From contig JBHELG010000050.1 in assembly GCA_046263195.1 (NCBI GenBank), positions 1 to 60,476 of the forward strand: DNA of 60,476 bases, written 5' to 3'. Source of the stretch: Nitriliruptorales bacterium (GTDB lineage: Bacteria > Actinomycetota > Nitriliruptoria > Nitriliruptorales > JAHWKO01). The position numbers and the translations under genes are program-made. The notes under the pieces were generated by a model. The model was not told the origin of the DNA, made no database searches, and saw nothing but the letters and a program-made list of their open reading frames with translations. Every line of letters begins with the position of its first letter. Positions within the stretch are counted from its first letter, which is position 1. Shown here piece after piece: positions 27,896 through 39,163 of this stretch.

Positions 27896-28653
27896 TACGG
27901 AATTACCCAGACCTGGCCGTCCTCGGCCAGCCACAGCGGCCCCTCATGGAAAGGCTCGGCTCGCCCACGCGCCTCTGTTCGATTCGTGCTCGGCCAGAGG
28001 TGGGTGAGGACGAGGCGAGACGCACCAGCCTCCGCGGCGACACGGGCTGCACCCTGCGGTGCAAGGTGGACGTCGGGAGGGTACGAATCTGCTTCGTCGG
28101 GCCAGGTAGCTTCGCAGATGAAGAGATCAGCATCCCGTGCCGCCTCCACGAGCGAAGAGCCGCCGGCCGAGTCAGCCGAGTAGGTCACGACCCGGTCATC
28201 GTGGCTGGCCCGAATCGAGACGGTGGGTACGGGGTGAGTGCTCCAGAAGAACTGGAAGCCGAGTTCGCCGACCTCCAGTCGATCCCCTCCCGATATGTCG
28301 TGAAACCGGCATATCCTCGTGAATTCTTGCCGGGACTCTCCATTCAGCAGTCCGGCAAGAACGTCGGCTGTTCCGGCGGGAGCATGCACGTCAATGGTCC
28401 GCTCCCCTTCGGGATGGAAGCGCAACGCATAGTAGATGCCAATGAGATCCACACAATGGTCGGGATGGACGTGGGACAGGACGATCGCAGAGAGGTCGTC
28501 GAGACGTGCGAAGCGATAGAGGTTACTGGTCGCGCCGTAACCGCAGTCGACGAGAACCTGACTGCCACTGGCCCGCAACAGATAACCCGAACACATCCGA
28601 CCCGGGCCTGGATGAGTCCCAGAGCAGCCGAGGACAACGACATCAAAGCTCAC
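27895..28653 (-). CDS. MBL-fold metallo-hydrolase (Rv1339-like cyclic-nucleotide phosphodiesterase)
   Basis: VLGCSG, SHVHPDH, YSADS, CEAT, LTHLWP; syntenic upstream of rph. Confidence 0.88.
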   Translation of the reverse strand: MSFDVVVLGCSGTHPGPGRMCSGYLLRASGSQVLVDCGYGATSNLYRFARLDDLSAIVLSHVHPDHCVDLIGIYYALRFHPEGERTIDVHAPAGTADVLAGLLNGESRQEFTRICRFHDISGGDRLEVGELGFQFFWSTHPVPTVSIRASHDDRVVTYSADSAGGSSLVEAARDADLFICEATWPDEADSYPPDVHLAPQGAARVAAEAGASRLVLTHLWPSTNRTEARGRAEPFHEGPLWLAEDGQVWVIP

Positions 28654-28835
28654 AGCCAGAACCGTTCCCGCAGACCCACGTTCACGTCCCACTCCACTGG
28701 CGACACGTCAAAACCTCCAGACACCACCGCTCGGATCTTGCCGACCTCGGCTCCCTGCGACAGCGACCAAATGACCGCGACAGGAGGCGTTCCCCGTCAG
28801 ATTTGGCGCAGGTTCCTGCAGTGGATCTTGCAAGA

Positions 28836-29774
28836 TCAGGCCCAGAGGGTCGTTGAGAGGCGTTCAGCCATGGCTTCGACGTCACCCGGCCCGTAGGCGC
28901 CGGTTGAGAGGTACTTCCAGCCTCCATCCGGAGAGAGCACAACGACCTTGGCACCCTCCGGCAAGCGTCGGCAGGCGCGGATAGCGACGACGAGCGCCGC
29001 CCCGGTGGAGATTCCCGCGAATATCCCCTCTCGCTGTGCGAGCTCTCTCGTGCACTTCAACGCTTGCAGAGAGTTCACCTTAATGCGGCTGTCGAGGACG
29101 GTTTCGTCGAAGACTTCGGGCACGTAGCCCTCGTCGAGGTTGCGGAGGCCGTAGACGAGGTCGCCGTACTCTGGTTCTGCGGCGAAGACCTGGATCGTCG
29201 GGTTCCACTCCTTCAAGCGGCGGCCGGCTCCCGTCAACGTCCCGCCGGTGCCCAAGCCCGCCACGAAGGCGTGGAGGTCCGGTAGATCGGCGATGATCTC
29301 AGGAGCGGTCGTCTCGTAGTGCGCCAGGGGATTGGCGGGATTGCCGTATTGGAAGGGCATGTACATGTCGGGAGCCTCGGCTGCGAGCCGCTGCGCCAGG
29401 AGGACGGCCCCGTTGCTGCCCTGCTCCGCGGGGGAGAAGATGAGCTCGACACCGAACATGGCGAGCAGGTCCTTGCGCTCCTGCGACGTGTTCTCCGGCA
29501 TGACGCAGGTCAAGGGATAGCCCTTCGGTGTACAGAGGGAAGCGAGTGAGATGCCCGTATTGCCTGACGTCGGCTCGAGCACGCGTCGGCCAGGCTTCAG
29601 CAGGCCCTCCACCTCAGCGTTCTCGAGCATGTACTTCGCCACGCGGTCTTTGACCGAACCCGTCGGGTTGTGGCCCTCGAGTTTCAGAAACAGCTCGTAT
29701 CCCGCCGGGGAGAGCGACGGGAGCCCGACGAGAGGCGTGTTCCCCACCGCCTGGGCGATGTCATCGAAGAGCAC
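28836..29774 (-). CDS. cysM: CysO-dependent PLP cysteine synthase
   Basis: VGNTPLV, KLEGHNPTGSVKDR, EPTSGNTG, GLGTGGT, DGGWKYLSTG; downstream of cysO and mec. Confidence 0.92.
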   Translation of the reverse strand: MLFDDIAQAVGNTPLVGLPSLSPAGYELFLKLEGHNPTGSVKDRVAKYMLENAEVEGLLKPGRRVLEPTSGNTGISLASLCTPKGYPLTCVMPENTSQERKDLLAMFGVELIFSPAEQGSNGAVLLAQRLAAEAPDMYMPFQYGNPANPLAHYETTAPEIIADLPDLHAFVAGLGTGGTLTGAGRRLKEWNPTIQVFAAEPEYGDLVYGLRNLDEGYVPEVFDETVLDSRIKVNSLQALKCTRELAQREGIFAGISTGAALVVAIRACRRLPEGAKVVVLSPDGGWKYLSTGAYGPGDVEAMAERLSTTLWA

Positions 29775-29786
29775 GTGGCTGGTCCT

Positions 29787-30065
29787 TCAACTTCCGGCAC
29801 CACCAGCCACGGCCGGCATGATCGCGACCTCCGAGGTCTCCTCGACATTCGTGTCGAGACCGTCGAGGTAGCGGATGTCTTCGTCGTCCAGGTAGACGTT
29901 CACGAAGCCGCGGACGTCCCCGCTGTCGAGCAACTGCTCACGCAAGGCCGGGTAGCGGGTGAGAACCTCGTCGATCACCTCCCGGACCGTCCGACCGGAT
30001 GCGTCGACCTTTGCGGCACCTTCGGTGTGCTTGCGCAACACACTCGGAATGCGGACGACGGGCAT
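29787..30065 (-). CDS. cysO: Ubiquitin-like sulfur carrier (MoaD/ThiS family)
   Basis: VRIPSVLRKHT, FVNVYLDDEDIRYLDGLDT, PAVAGG followed by AGS. Confidence 0.9.
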   Translation of the reverse strand: MPVVRIPSVLRKHTEGAAKVDASGRTVREVIDEVLTRYPALREQLLDSGDVRGFVNVYLDDEDIRYLDGLDTNVEETSEVAIMPAVAGGAGS

Positions 30066-30224
30066 GAGGCGAACGTCCTTCTTGGCTGGAGAGGCAGGCG
30101 GCCCGAGAGCGTACCCGGCTGCGGCGGATTGCTCAGCCGCTGGGCCAGGTGGCCTGCCCTGCGCTCGGGGCTTCCTTTCCGGTGACGGCCCCGACACCGA
30201 TGCTCGTGGCTCAGGCTGCCTGTC

Positions 30225-30644
30225 TCATGCGGCCACGTCATCGATGACGAGGGGGACCTCGGAAATCCGCCCCTCCACGATGCGGAAGGCACGTACCTCG
30301 GGCTTTTCCCGGTCCTGCAGACTTACGATGAGGTGGAGCGCATCGGGGTACGCAGCCAGTTCGACGTCGGTCCGGGAGGGAAACGCCTCGGTGTGCGTGT
30401 GGGAGTGGTAGATCGCGAGCCGCCAACCCTCGTCCTCGATCGTCCGCATCGCCTGCAGCAGCTCCTTGCCGTCCATGACGTAATACGTCATGGACCGTTC
30501 CGCATTCGTTACGGGGAAGTGGACGATGCTGCCGTCGGATCGCAGCCCGAGCAGGCCGCAGACCTCATACGGGAAATCCGACCACGCTCGGTCGACAAGG
30601 ACGCGGTACGTCTCTTGGTCGAGCCGGAACATCTCCTCGGGCAC
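30225..30644 (-). CDS. mec: JAMM/M67 metallopeptidase
   Basis: EVCGLL...YHSHTHTEAFPSRTD JAMM motif. Confidence 0.92.
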   Translation of the reverse strand: MPEEMFRLDQETYRVLVDRAWSDFPYEVCGLLGLRSDGSIVHFPVTNAERSMTYYVMDGKELLQAMRTIEDEGWRLAIYHSHTHTEAFPSRTDVELAAYPDALHLIVSLQDREKPEVRAFRIVEGRISEVPLVIDDVAA

Positions 30645-30676
30645 ACGTCCTCCTCGTCAAGCGGAAGGAGGCTTCC

Positions 30677-31804
30677 TCAGCGTGACCAGGGACCCGGCAA
30701 GTCCTGGTCGTCATCATCTTCTGGGTCATCTGAGGGAGAGGTGCTCGGTGACGGGGACGGCGTGCTGCTCGGACTGGACGGACTCGACGCGGGTGGTGAC
30801 GTGCTCGGCGGGGCTGAGGGCGCGTCGTCAGGCGTGTCGCCAGTCGGGTTGTCCGTACCGGGCGCGGAGCTACCCGCCGGGAAGGTGTAGCGCCCGCCGT
30901 GGAGGTAGACGTCGAGACCGACGGGAGCACGTGCGAACAACCACACGGCATCCCAGCGGGTCAGTCGGACGCAGCCGTGGCTGGCCGGACGGGCGGGGAC
31001 GCTGTTGGACCCGTGGAGCGCCCAGCCCTTGTAGAAGTACATCGGGTCGTAGAGGGATCCGAGGTCGGCCTCCCGCAAGCCGGTGATCTTGCGCTGGATC
31101 TTGTACCAACCTACGGGTGTCAGGGCGCGCGCCGTGGCACCGTTCTTCTGCTTGTAGGTGGCGCCATTACCCGAGCTGACCGGCATGATGCGCTCGACCT
31201 GCCCCTGCCGCACATAGAGCAGCACCTGCCGGGTGAGGTCCACCTCGACGTGAACGGCCGGTGTGGCGGAAACGGGCTTGACAAGCACGGGGTTGTCGAG
31301 TCGGGCGAGCGTCGCCGGTCCAACCGACCCGTTCGCCGGTAGGCCGTTCACTTTTTGAAACGCCATCACGGCGCTTCGCATGGGAGCAGACACACGTCCG
31401 TTGATCGGACCCACGTAGTACTTCAGTTCGGTCAGACGTTGTTGGACTCGTGCCACGTCGTAACGGAAGGCAGGCGCCTGTGTCTTCTTGACCGTCACCC
31501 GGGGTGCGGATTTCGTCGGGCCCGGGATCGGGGCGGCGGGTGGTGGGGGCGGCTGGGTCTCGGGAGGGAGGACGGGCGGCGGCTCCACCGCGACCTCCGG
31601 CTCGTCGAGCACAAGGACTCCCGCAACTGGGTCGGGTGCGGTCAGTCGCAGGGCCAGCACAATCCCCGCAAGGGCAAGCACGACGATCGAGGCGATCGCA
31701 AGCAGAAACAAGTGCGGAGAGAGGGCGTCCTCGAGACGCCAGCGGCGCGCCACCTGAGGGAGACGCTGATAGAGGCGCTGAACGCGCTCGAAGTTGCCCC
31801 GCAT
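30677..31804 (-). CDS. L,D-transpeptidase with peptidoglycan-binding domain
   Basis: TM, Pro-rich linker, VQQRLTELKY...AVMAFQK..GL...G.VGP, VDLTRQVL, ALHGS...ASHGCVR. Confidence 0.9.
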   Translation of the reverse strand: MRGNFERVQRLYQRLPQVARRWRLEDALSPHLFLLAIASIVVLALAGIVLALRLTAPDPVAGVLVLDEPEVAVEPPPVLPPETQPPPPPAAPIPGPTKSAPRVTVKKTQAPAFRYDVARVQQRLTELKYYVGPINGRVSAPMRSAVMAFQKVNGLPANGSVGPATLARLDNPVLVKPVSATPAVHVEVDLTRQVLLYVRQGQVERIMPVSSGNGATYKQKNGATARALTPVGWYKIQRKITGLREADLGSLYDPMYFYKGWALHGSNSVPARPASHGCVRLTRWDAVWLFARAPVGLDVYLHGGRYTFPAGSSAPGTDNPTGDTPDDAPSAPPSTSPPASSPSSPSSTPSPSPSTSPSDDPEDDDDQDLPGPWSR

Positions 31805-31926
31805 GGCCGGGAATGCTACTAGCAGCCGACCGAATCATTCCAATCTCGTTTTGCGGCAGGGTCCCCGCTAGCTGCTCGAACGCCAGGAACGCTCACCCTC
31901 GAGAGACGCACAGAGAGCGGAAAGAG

Positions 31927-32730
31927 ATGGAGAGCCGCCATGACGAGCGCGAAGACCACGAGCCCCGCGAAACGGGGCGCCTACCCGCCTCGAGGGACAC
32001 GCCCCTGACGGGCAGTTGGACGTCGCTCGCAGCTCTGGAGGAGGACCTGGTGAACTGCCGGCGCTGCGCCCGCCTCGTCGCCTGGCGCGAAAAGGTCGCC
32101 CGGGAGAAGCGCGCCTCGTATGCCAACGAGGTCTACTGGGGACGGCCGGTACCAGGTTTCGGCGATCCTCAGGGGCGGCTCCTCGTGCTCGGTCTCGCCC
32201 CCGCTGCACATGGTGGCAACCGCACCGGTCGCGTATTCACCGGCGATCGCTCCGGGGAATGGCTGTTCGGGGCGCTGCACAGGGCCGGTTTCGCAAATCA
32301 GGCAAGTTCCACCAGACGCGGCGACGGGCTCGCGCTGCAGGATTGTTGGGTCACCGCGCCGGTGAAATGCGCTCCTCCCGCCAACCGGCCCTCAGTCGCC
32401 GAGCGTGACAACTGCGATGGGTTCTTGCGCGTCGAGGTGGAGCTTCTCCCGGTCCAGGTCGTCGTCGCACTGGGGGGCTTCGCCTGGGAAGCAGCACTAC
32501 ACCGGTTCGGGCCGGTGCGACCAAAGCCGCGCTTCCGTCACGGGGCGGAGATCGGCGTCGGGAAGGTGATCCTCCTGGGCTGCTATCACGTCAGCCAGCA
32601 GAACACATTCACCGGCCGGCTCACCCAGAGCATGCTCGATGCGGTGTTCGCCCGTGCGCGATCCCTCCTGGATGCCTCGCCCGCAACCGCAACCGAGCCT
32701 GGCGGGCGCCTAACGCTCAAGCGTCCCTAG
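31927..32730 (+). CDS. udgB: Uracil-DNA glycosylase family 5
   Basis: CRRCARL, YWGRPVPGFGD, GLAPAAHGGNRTGRVFTGD, KCAPP, YHVSQQNT. Confidence 0.92.
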   Translation: MESRHDEREDHEPRETGRLPASRDTPLTGSWTSLAALEEDLVNCRRCARLVAWREKVAREKRASYANEVYWGRPVPGFGDPQGRLLVLGLAPAAHGGNRTGRVFTGDRSGEWLFGALHRAGFANQASSTRRGDGLALQDCWVTAPVKCAPPANRPSVAERDNCDGFLRVEVELLPVQVVVALGGFAWEAALHRFGPVRPKPRFRHGAEIGVGKVILLGCYHVSQQNTFTGRLTQSMLDAVFARARSLLDASPATATEPGGRLTLKRP

Positions 32731-32857
32731 CCTCTACGCATATCGGACACGGGACGCGCTCTTCGCACAAAGGCTGGCCTGACGCTCTCATCCATGCGAC
32801 AAAGGAGTTGGAGGCGTCGCCGAGACCATCCCGGCACCACCTCCGAGTGGAGATGTC

Positions 32858-33058
32858 ATGGATCTGAGCGAGCTCAATCGTCGGCTCGTCGCGAATGCCT
32901 TCCTGTTCGACGACCCCCGCGCGTATGCAGCCGGAGTCACGGACGCGCTCGATGCCGTTCGCCGTCTGCTTCAGTGGGATGGGATCGCTTGGGGGGCGGG
33001 CGGCCGCGAGGTCGAAGAGCAACGGGTTGGGGCGGGAGCGGCGCGGCTAGAGCCGTAG
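32858..33058 (+). CDS. Small hypothetical protein
   Basis: SD GGAG; MDLSELNRRLVANAFLFDDPRAYAAGVTDALDAV. Confidence 0.5.
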   Translation: MDLSELNRRLVANAFLFDDPRAYAAGVTDALDAVRRLLQWDGIAWGAGGREVEEQRVGAGAARLEP

Positions 33059-33121
33059 TGACGCCGGACCCCCATTCCCCCGCATCCGTCAAGCTTTCAC
33101 GAGGGGTGGCGCGACACCGCG

Positions 33122-34279
<1,158 letters not shown>

Positions 34280-34660
34280 GTCCTGCACTCCTGAGCGAGC
34301 CGGGGTCCGCAGCCGCCTGACAGTCACGTGGGGAAGGCCTGGCTGGTCAAGCTCTTCGAGACCAACACAGAACCGCAGCTGGCCGCACGCATCTTCCTTG
34401 AACGATGTCGTTGGGCGCTGTTGTTTCCGTCGGCACGGACAGTTCACTGGTTGAGCGCAGTATGCCCCTTCCGCGCCCATCGTGCTCGTTCCTTCTTGAC
34501 ACCCAGCGGTTCGGGTCGATCTCCCTGCCTCCACAGGCTCCGGTCGGGAAGCACGCGCATGAGAACCGGCCGTCACCGCAGTGACACGGCTGGCCCGCAG
34601 GCTTTCACGGGCTCCACGGACTCGCCGTTGGCTGGCTGTCATGCCCTAGAGCCTCTCATG

Positions 34661-34697
34661 CACGAGGACCCTCAACCTACGGTTGAGGGTCCTCGTG
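34661..34697 (-). terminator. Hairpin terminator downstream of ssrA
   Basis: Perfect 17-bp stem CACGAGGACCCTCAACC-TAC-GGTTGAGGGTCCTCGTG, 7 nt after the tmRNA CCA. Confidence 0.75.
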
Positions 34698-34704
34698 TTG
34701 GGTA

Positions 34705-35059
34705 TGGTGGAGCTGCCGGGAGTCGAACCCGGGTCCCGCGATTCCGTCACTGGGGCTCTACGAGCGTAGGCTCCGGAATACTTCGGGACCTGTCGCTCCA
34801 GAGCCAGGCGGCCACAGATCCCTAGTCGTCTGCATGTTTCCCGGTCGGCCCGACGACGAAACCGACTCGGTGAAGCCCTGTGTCGATGCCGGCTCCTCCC
34901 TACAGGGCGTCAGGAGGCCGACAGGCGGCTTGTTTAGGCCGCCAGCGCCAGTTCGTGGTTGGCAGCTCTTTGTTCCGACGCGGATTTACGAGGCAGCGTC
35001 GGCTCCTCGGCTCGCTCCCCTGGCGGCGGCACTAATCACGGTCGAGACCAGTCAGCCCC
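34705..35059 (-). ncRNA. ssrA: tmRNA
   Basis: 5' GGGGCTGA; 3' CCGGGTTCGACTCCCGGCAGCTCCACCA; tag frame ANHELALAA-stop at 34963-34934; immediately downstream of smpB. Confidence 0.96.
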
Positions 35060-35147
35060 AAGTCTGAGCGGAAAACGCTCTGAAGTTGTCAAGACAGACA
35101 CCATAACGCATCGAGGCTGGCAAGGATTCCGAGAAACTCAGCGACTT

Positions 35148-35639
35148 TTAAACGGCCCCGCCCGCCCTTGCTTTCAAGGCCCGCTCCCGCTCGCGAGCAG
35201 CCTCCCGCTCGGCAATGGTCTGGCGCTTGTCCCGCGCCGCCCTGCCCTTGCCCGAGGCGAAGGCGAGCTTCGCGTAGCCGTCCCGGAAGTACAGCCTCGT
35301 CGGCACGAGCGCGAGGCCCTTCTCTTGAGAGGCCCGGGCGATCTCGGCGAGTTCTCGGCCGTGGAGTAGCAGCTTCCGTGGGCGGATGGGGTCGTGGTTC
35401 TGCCGGTTGCCAAAGCTGTACTCGGGAATGTGCGCCTGCATGAGCCAGGCTTCCCCGCGTTCGTCGACCTTGACCCACGCCTGGGAGAGCGATGCCTTTC
35501 CGGCCCGCAGCGACTTCACTTCGGTGCCGGTCAGTACGAGCCCGGCCTCGTAGCGCTCCCCGAGCTCGTAATCAAAGCGAGCGCGACGATTCTCGGCGAC
35601 GGTGGCATCGCCACTGCTCCGCTTCTTCTGCTTCGCCAT
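35148..35639 (-). CDS. smpB: SsrA-binding protein
   Basis: NRRARFDY, EAGLVLTGTEVKSLRAG, NHDPIRPRKLLLH, DKR. Confidence 0.97.
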   Translation of the reverse strand: MAKQKKRSSGDATVAENRRARFDYELGERYEAGLVLTGTEVKSLRAGKASLSQAWVKVDERGEAWLMQAHIPEYSFGNRQNHDPIRPRKLLLHGRELAEIARASQEKGLALVPTRLYFRDGYAKLAFASGKGRAARDKRQTIAEREAARERERALKARAGGAV

Positions 35640-35701
35640 GACCCCGAGGCTAGCGGCGGCCCACAACCCCGCCATGAATCACAGGGGGCGGATCTTCTCT
35701 A

Positions 35702-36595
35702 TCAGACGTCGAGGAAACGGCGGAGCGCGACGACCGACGAGAAGGCCGCGATCCCCACCCCAACGAGGATCAACAGCGGACCCACCTGGATGGCTTCCTC
35801 GATGCCGATGAACGGCATGAACTTGATGTCGGCCGTCAACGACCGTGTGATGCGCGGCACCGCGAGGAGGAGCAGTCCCCACGATACGAGCGCACCGACA
35901 AGACCCGCAATCACACCTTCGAGGACGAACGGCAGCCGGATGTACCAGTTCGACGCCCCGACGAGCTTCATGATCGCGGTCTGCTCGCGCCGCGCGAAGG
36001 CCGCCACCCGAATGGTGTTCGCTATGAGCACGCTGGCGGCAACCAGCTGGATGAGGGCGACCGCGAGCGCGCCGAGCTGGAACTTGTCGGTGACCGCAAA
36101 GAAGGATTTCAACACTTCGCGCTGGTCGACGACGTCTTCGATCCCCGGTCTCGCCTTGTACTTCTCGTAGACGGCGGTGAACTCCTTGGGGTCGGTCAGC
36201 TTCACCCGGAAGGAAGCCGGCAGTGCGTCAGGCGATACGGATTCCAGCAGATCGCGCTGGTCCTTGAACATCTCCCGGAAGCGCTCGTAGGCCTGCTGCT
36301 TCGACTCGTAATAGACCTCCGCGACGAGCGGGTCCTCGCTCAGGGTCCGCTCCAGCGAGTCCAGCTGCTCAGGCGTGATCGCGTCGCAGTTGCGTCCATC
36401 GCAGAGGAACAGCGAAACCTCGATCTTCCCGTACCAGTAGCCGGCCGCCAGCTGCACTTGGTCTCGCACGAGCAGGGCAGCCCCCAGCAGGGTGAGCGAG
36501 ACCGCCACGGAAAGGATGACCGCGACCGTCATGAGCATGTTTCGCCGCAGCCCGAGGCCGGCCTCCTGCACCAAGTACTGCCAGCGTCCCGTCAC
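35702..36595 (-). CDS. ftsX: Cell-division permease FtsX
   Basis: LRRNMLMT, LPASFRVKL, NTIRVAAFARR...IMKLVGASNWYIRLPF..EG. Confidence 0.95.
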   Translation of the reverse strand: MTGRWQYLVQEAGLGLRRNMLMTVAVILSVAVSLTLLGAALLVRDQVQLAAGYWYGKIEVSLFLCDGRNCDAITPEQLDSLERTLSEDPLVAEVYYESKQQAYERFREMFKDQRDLLESVSPDALPASFRVKLTDPKEFTAVYEKYKARPGIEDVVDQREVLKSFFAVTDKFQLGALAVALIQLVAASVLIANTIRVAAFARREQTAIMKLVGASNWYIRLPFVLEGVIAGLVGALVSWGLLLLAVPRITRSLTADIKFMPFIGIEEAIQVGPLLILVGVGIAAFSSVVALRRFLDV

Positions 36596-36636
36596 GGTGC
36601 TTTCTCCTCCTTCAAATGGAGCGTGGGGGCGGGCTA

Positions 36637-37323
36637 TCAGCCCCCGTAGCCGTACACGCCGCGGTGCTGGTCACGCACGACCACTCCATTGTCGAGCTCG
36701 ATCACCCGCCGGCGCATCGAATCCACGATCTGCTGATCGTGGGTTGCCATGACCACGGTCGCGCCGGTGCGGTTGATACGGTCGAGCAACTTCATGATGC
36801 CGACCGAAGTCGAAGGGTCGAGGTTTCCGGTGGGCTCGTCGCAGAGCACGACGCGGGGCGCGTTCACGAACGCCCGCGCGATCGAGACGCGCTGCTGCTG
36901 GCCCCCCGACAGCTCGTGCGGTAGCGCCTCGGACTTGTGAGCGAGGCCGACAAGGTCGAGCACCTCGGGTACGCGCTTCGCGATGAGCTGCCTGGACTTG
37001 CCGATCACCTGGAGCGCGAAAGCAACGTTCTCGTACACGGTCTTGTTCGGCAGAAGCTTGAAGTCCTGGAAGACATGACCGATGTCGCGGCGCAGCAGGG
37101 GCACCTTCCACGACTTCAGCGTGCGCAGGTTCTTGCCGGCGACGTAGATCTCCCCGTCATCGGGCAGTTCCTCGTGGGTGATCAGCTTCATGAGCGTCGA
37201 CTTGCCGGATCCTGAAGGACCGACCACGAATACGAACTCGCCCTTGCTGATTTCGACCGTCACGTCCTTCAGCGCAACGATGCCGCCTTTGTAGATCTTT
37301 GTGACGTTTTGGAGACTGATCAC
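36637..37323 (-). CDS. ftsE: Cell-division ATP-binding protein FtsE
   Basis: [39 protein letters not shown]. Confidence 0.96.
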   Translation of the reverse strand: MISLQNVTKIYKGGIVALKDVTVEISKGEFVFVVGPSGSGKSTLMKLITHEELPDDGEIYVAGKNLRTLKSWKVPLLRRDIGHVFQDFKLLPNKTVYENVAFALQVIGKSRQLIAKRVPEVLDLVGLAHKSEALPHELSGGQQQRVSIARAFVNAPRVVLCDEPTGNLDPSTSVGIMKLLDRINRTGATVVMATHDQQIVDSMRRRVIELDNGVVVRDQHRGVYGYGG

Positions 37324-37608
37324 ATTTGCACCACTGGTAGGAGGTCACACATCTCACTGCACGAGCGGCGTTGCACAAGTTCCCTATTGATTCACGGTGC
37401 GCAACCTAATGGGGAAGGTTGCCAGCAGATCGCTGCGAGAGCGACTGGTGGCGTGGTAGGGGACGGAGTACTCGCGGCGCCCGAGCCGAAGGGTAGCACG
37501 CAAGTCGGAGCCGTCAGCTGTAGCGGGCTTTTCCCCGCGGGCGTGTCGCGCAGGTCTTGAAGGCCTCGGCATCGGAGGGATGCCGTTCCCCTCATACGGC
37601 GACCTGCA

Positions 37609-38731
37609 TCAGCCATCGACGTCCGACCGCTCGCCAGCCCGTCGCCGCAGTTCGGCCTCGATGAAGCCGTCGAGGTCCCCGTCCAGCACTGCTGCCACGT
37701 TGCCCGTCTCCTGCTCGGAGCGGAGGTCCTTCACCATCTGGTAGGGATGGAGGACGTAGCTGCGGATCTGCGAACCAAAGCCGATGTTCTGCGTACCGCC
37801 TCGGAGCTGGGCCAGCTGCTGCTCGCGCTGCTGGCGCTCGAGGTCCGCCAGCTTGGCCTTGAGCACGCGCATCGCCGAAGCCCGGTTCTGGATCTGTGAG
37901 CGCTCGTTCTGACACGAGACGACAATGCCTGTCGGCAGGTGTGTGATGCGCACCGCGGAGTCCGTGGTGTTCACTCCCTGACCACCCGGACCAGAGGAGC
38001 GGTACACGTCGACGCGGATCTCCTCGTCGGCAACGTTTACCTCGGCTTCGACGTCCGGCAGCAGGGGTACGACGTCGACGAGCGCAAATGAGGTCTGGCG
38101 ACGAGCGTTCGCATCGAAGGGGGAGATCCGCACGAGGCGGTGCACGCCGTGTTCGACCTTGGAGAGGCCGTAGGCGCCTTCGCCGTGCAAGGCGAAGGTC
38201 GTTGACTTCAACCCGGCTTCTTCCCCGAACTGCTCGTCGTAGACCTCGACGTCGAATCTTCGCCTCTCCGCCCAGCGCAGATACATGCGCTGGAGCATCT
38301 GCGCCCAGTCCATCGCGTCCACGCCACCCTCGCCTGCATGGATCGACATGATGGCATCGTGGTGGTCGTATTCCTCGCTGAGCAGCGTGACTACTTCGAG
38401 CCTGTCGAGCTCGCTCGTCACCTCGCCGAGAATCTTCGCGACCTCACTGGCAGCGGCGACGTCGTCCTCCTCGATCGCGAGCTCGTCGAGCACCGCCACG
38501 TCGTCGAGCCGAGCGGTCAGCTCGTCTACGCGCTCGATCTCGTCCCCGAGACGAGCCAGTTCCCTCGTCGTCTGCCGCGCGCTGGACGGGTCGTCCCACA
38601 GGTCGGGCGCCGCCACGTGCTCGCGTAATCGTTCGAGACGCGCCCGCTTGCCCGGGACGTCAAAGGTATTCCTTTACCTTCGTGAGCCGGTGCCGCTGCT
38701 CCGCTATGAGATCGGCGTGACTGACAGTCAT
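37609..38731 (-). CDS. prfB: Peptide chain release factor 2, translated via +1 programmed frameshift
   Basis: ATG 38731 gives MTVSH...KEYL, then CTT-TGA-C at 38665-38659; the +1 frame continues DVPGK...APDLWDD. SPF and GGQ motifs present. Confidence 0.96.
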
Positions 38732-39163
38732 GTTGGCAGGCTCCCGAGAGGCTCACAGGATCGAGTTCGCAGCAACCGAGGTTACCTTCACCGGCATGGG
38801 AGACCGGAGGAGCGGTCTGGGAGACCTGACGAGCGCTCTCGGCACGCCGAGGGATCCGGTAGGTCGGGCCGGGGCGCGGGGGGACGGATGAGGCCGCGAT
38901 GGAGGCACGGGAAGGCCTAGAATGGAAGAAGCGGGTGCCCTCCCCTCAAGAGGCACCCGCTTCCGCGGCTCGCTTGCTATCCAGTTTTTCGCCACAGGCT
39001 CCGGCCGATCCTGCCGCAAAACACGAGTTCGTGCGCGGGATGCACATTTCTGCGCGTCTTCCGGGGAAGCCCGGGAAGCGACAGGAGGAAAGCCCGGGGA
39101 GGGACTCCGAGCGGACTCCGAGCAGGGAAGAGACGCTCGTCGAGCTCTTCAGATGCGCACTGC

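Noticed and set aside
34705-34740. Standalone tRNA-Ala or att site
   Set aside because: It is the tRNA-like 3' end of the intact tmRNA.
38750-39160. ORFs 38899-39225 and 38922-39230
   Set aside because: No recognisable motif, weak codon bias, and overlap with the convergent hydrolase end.
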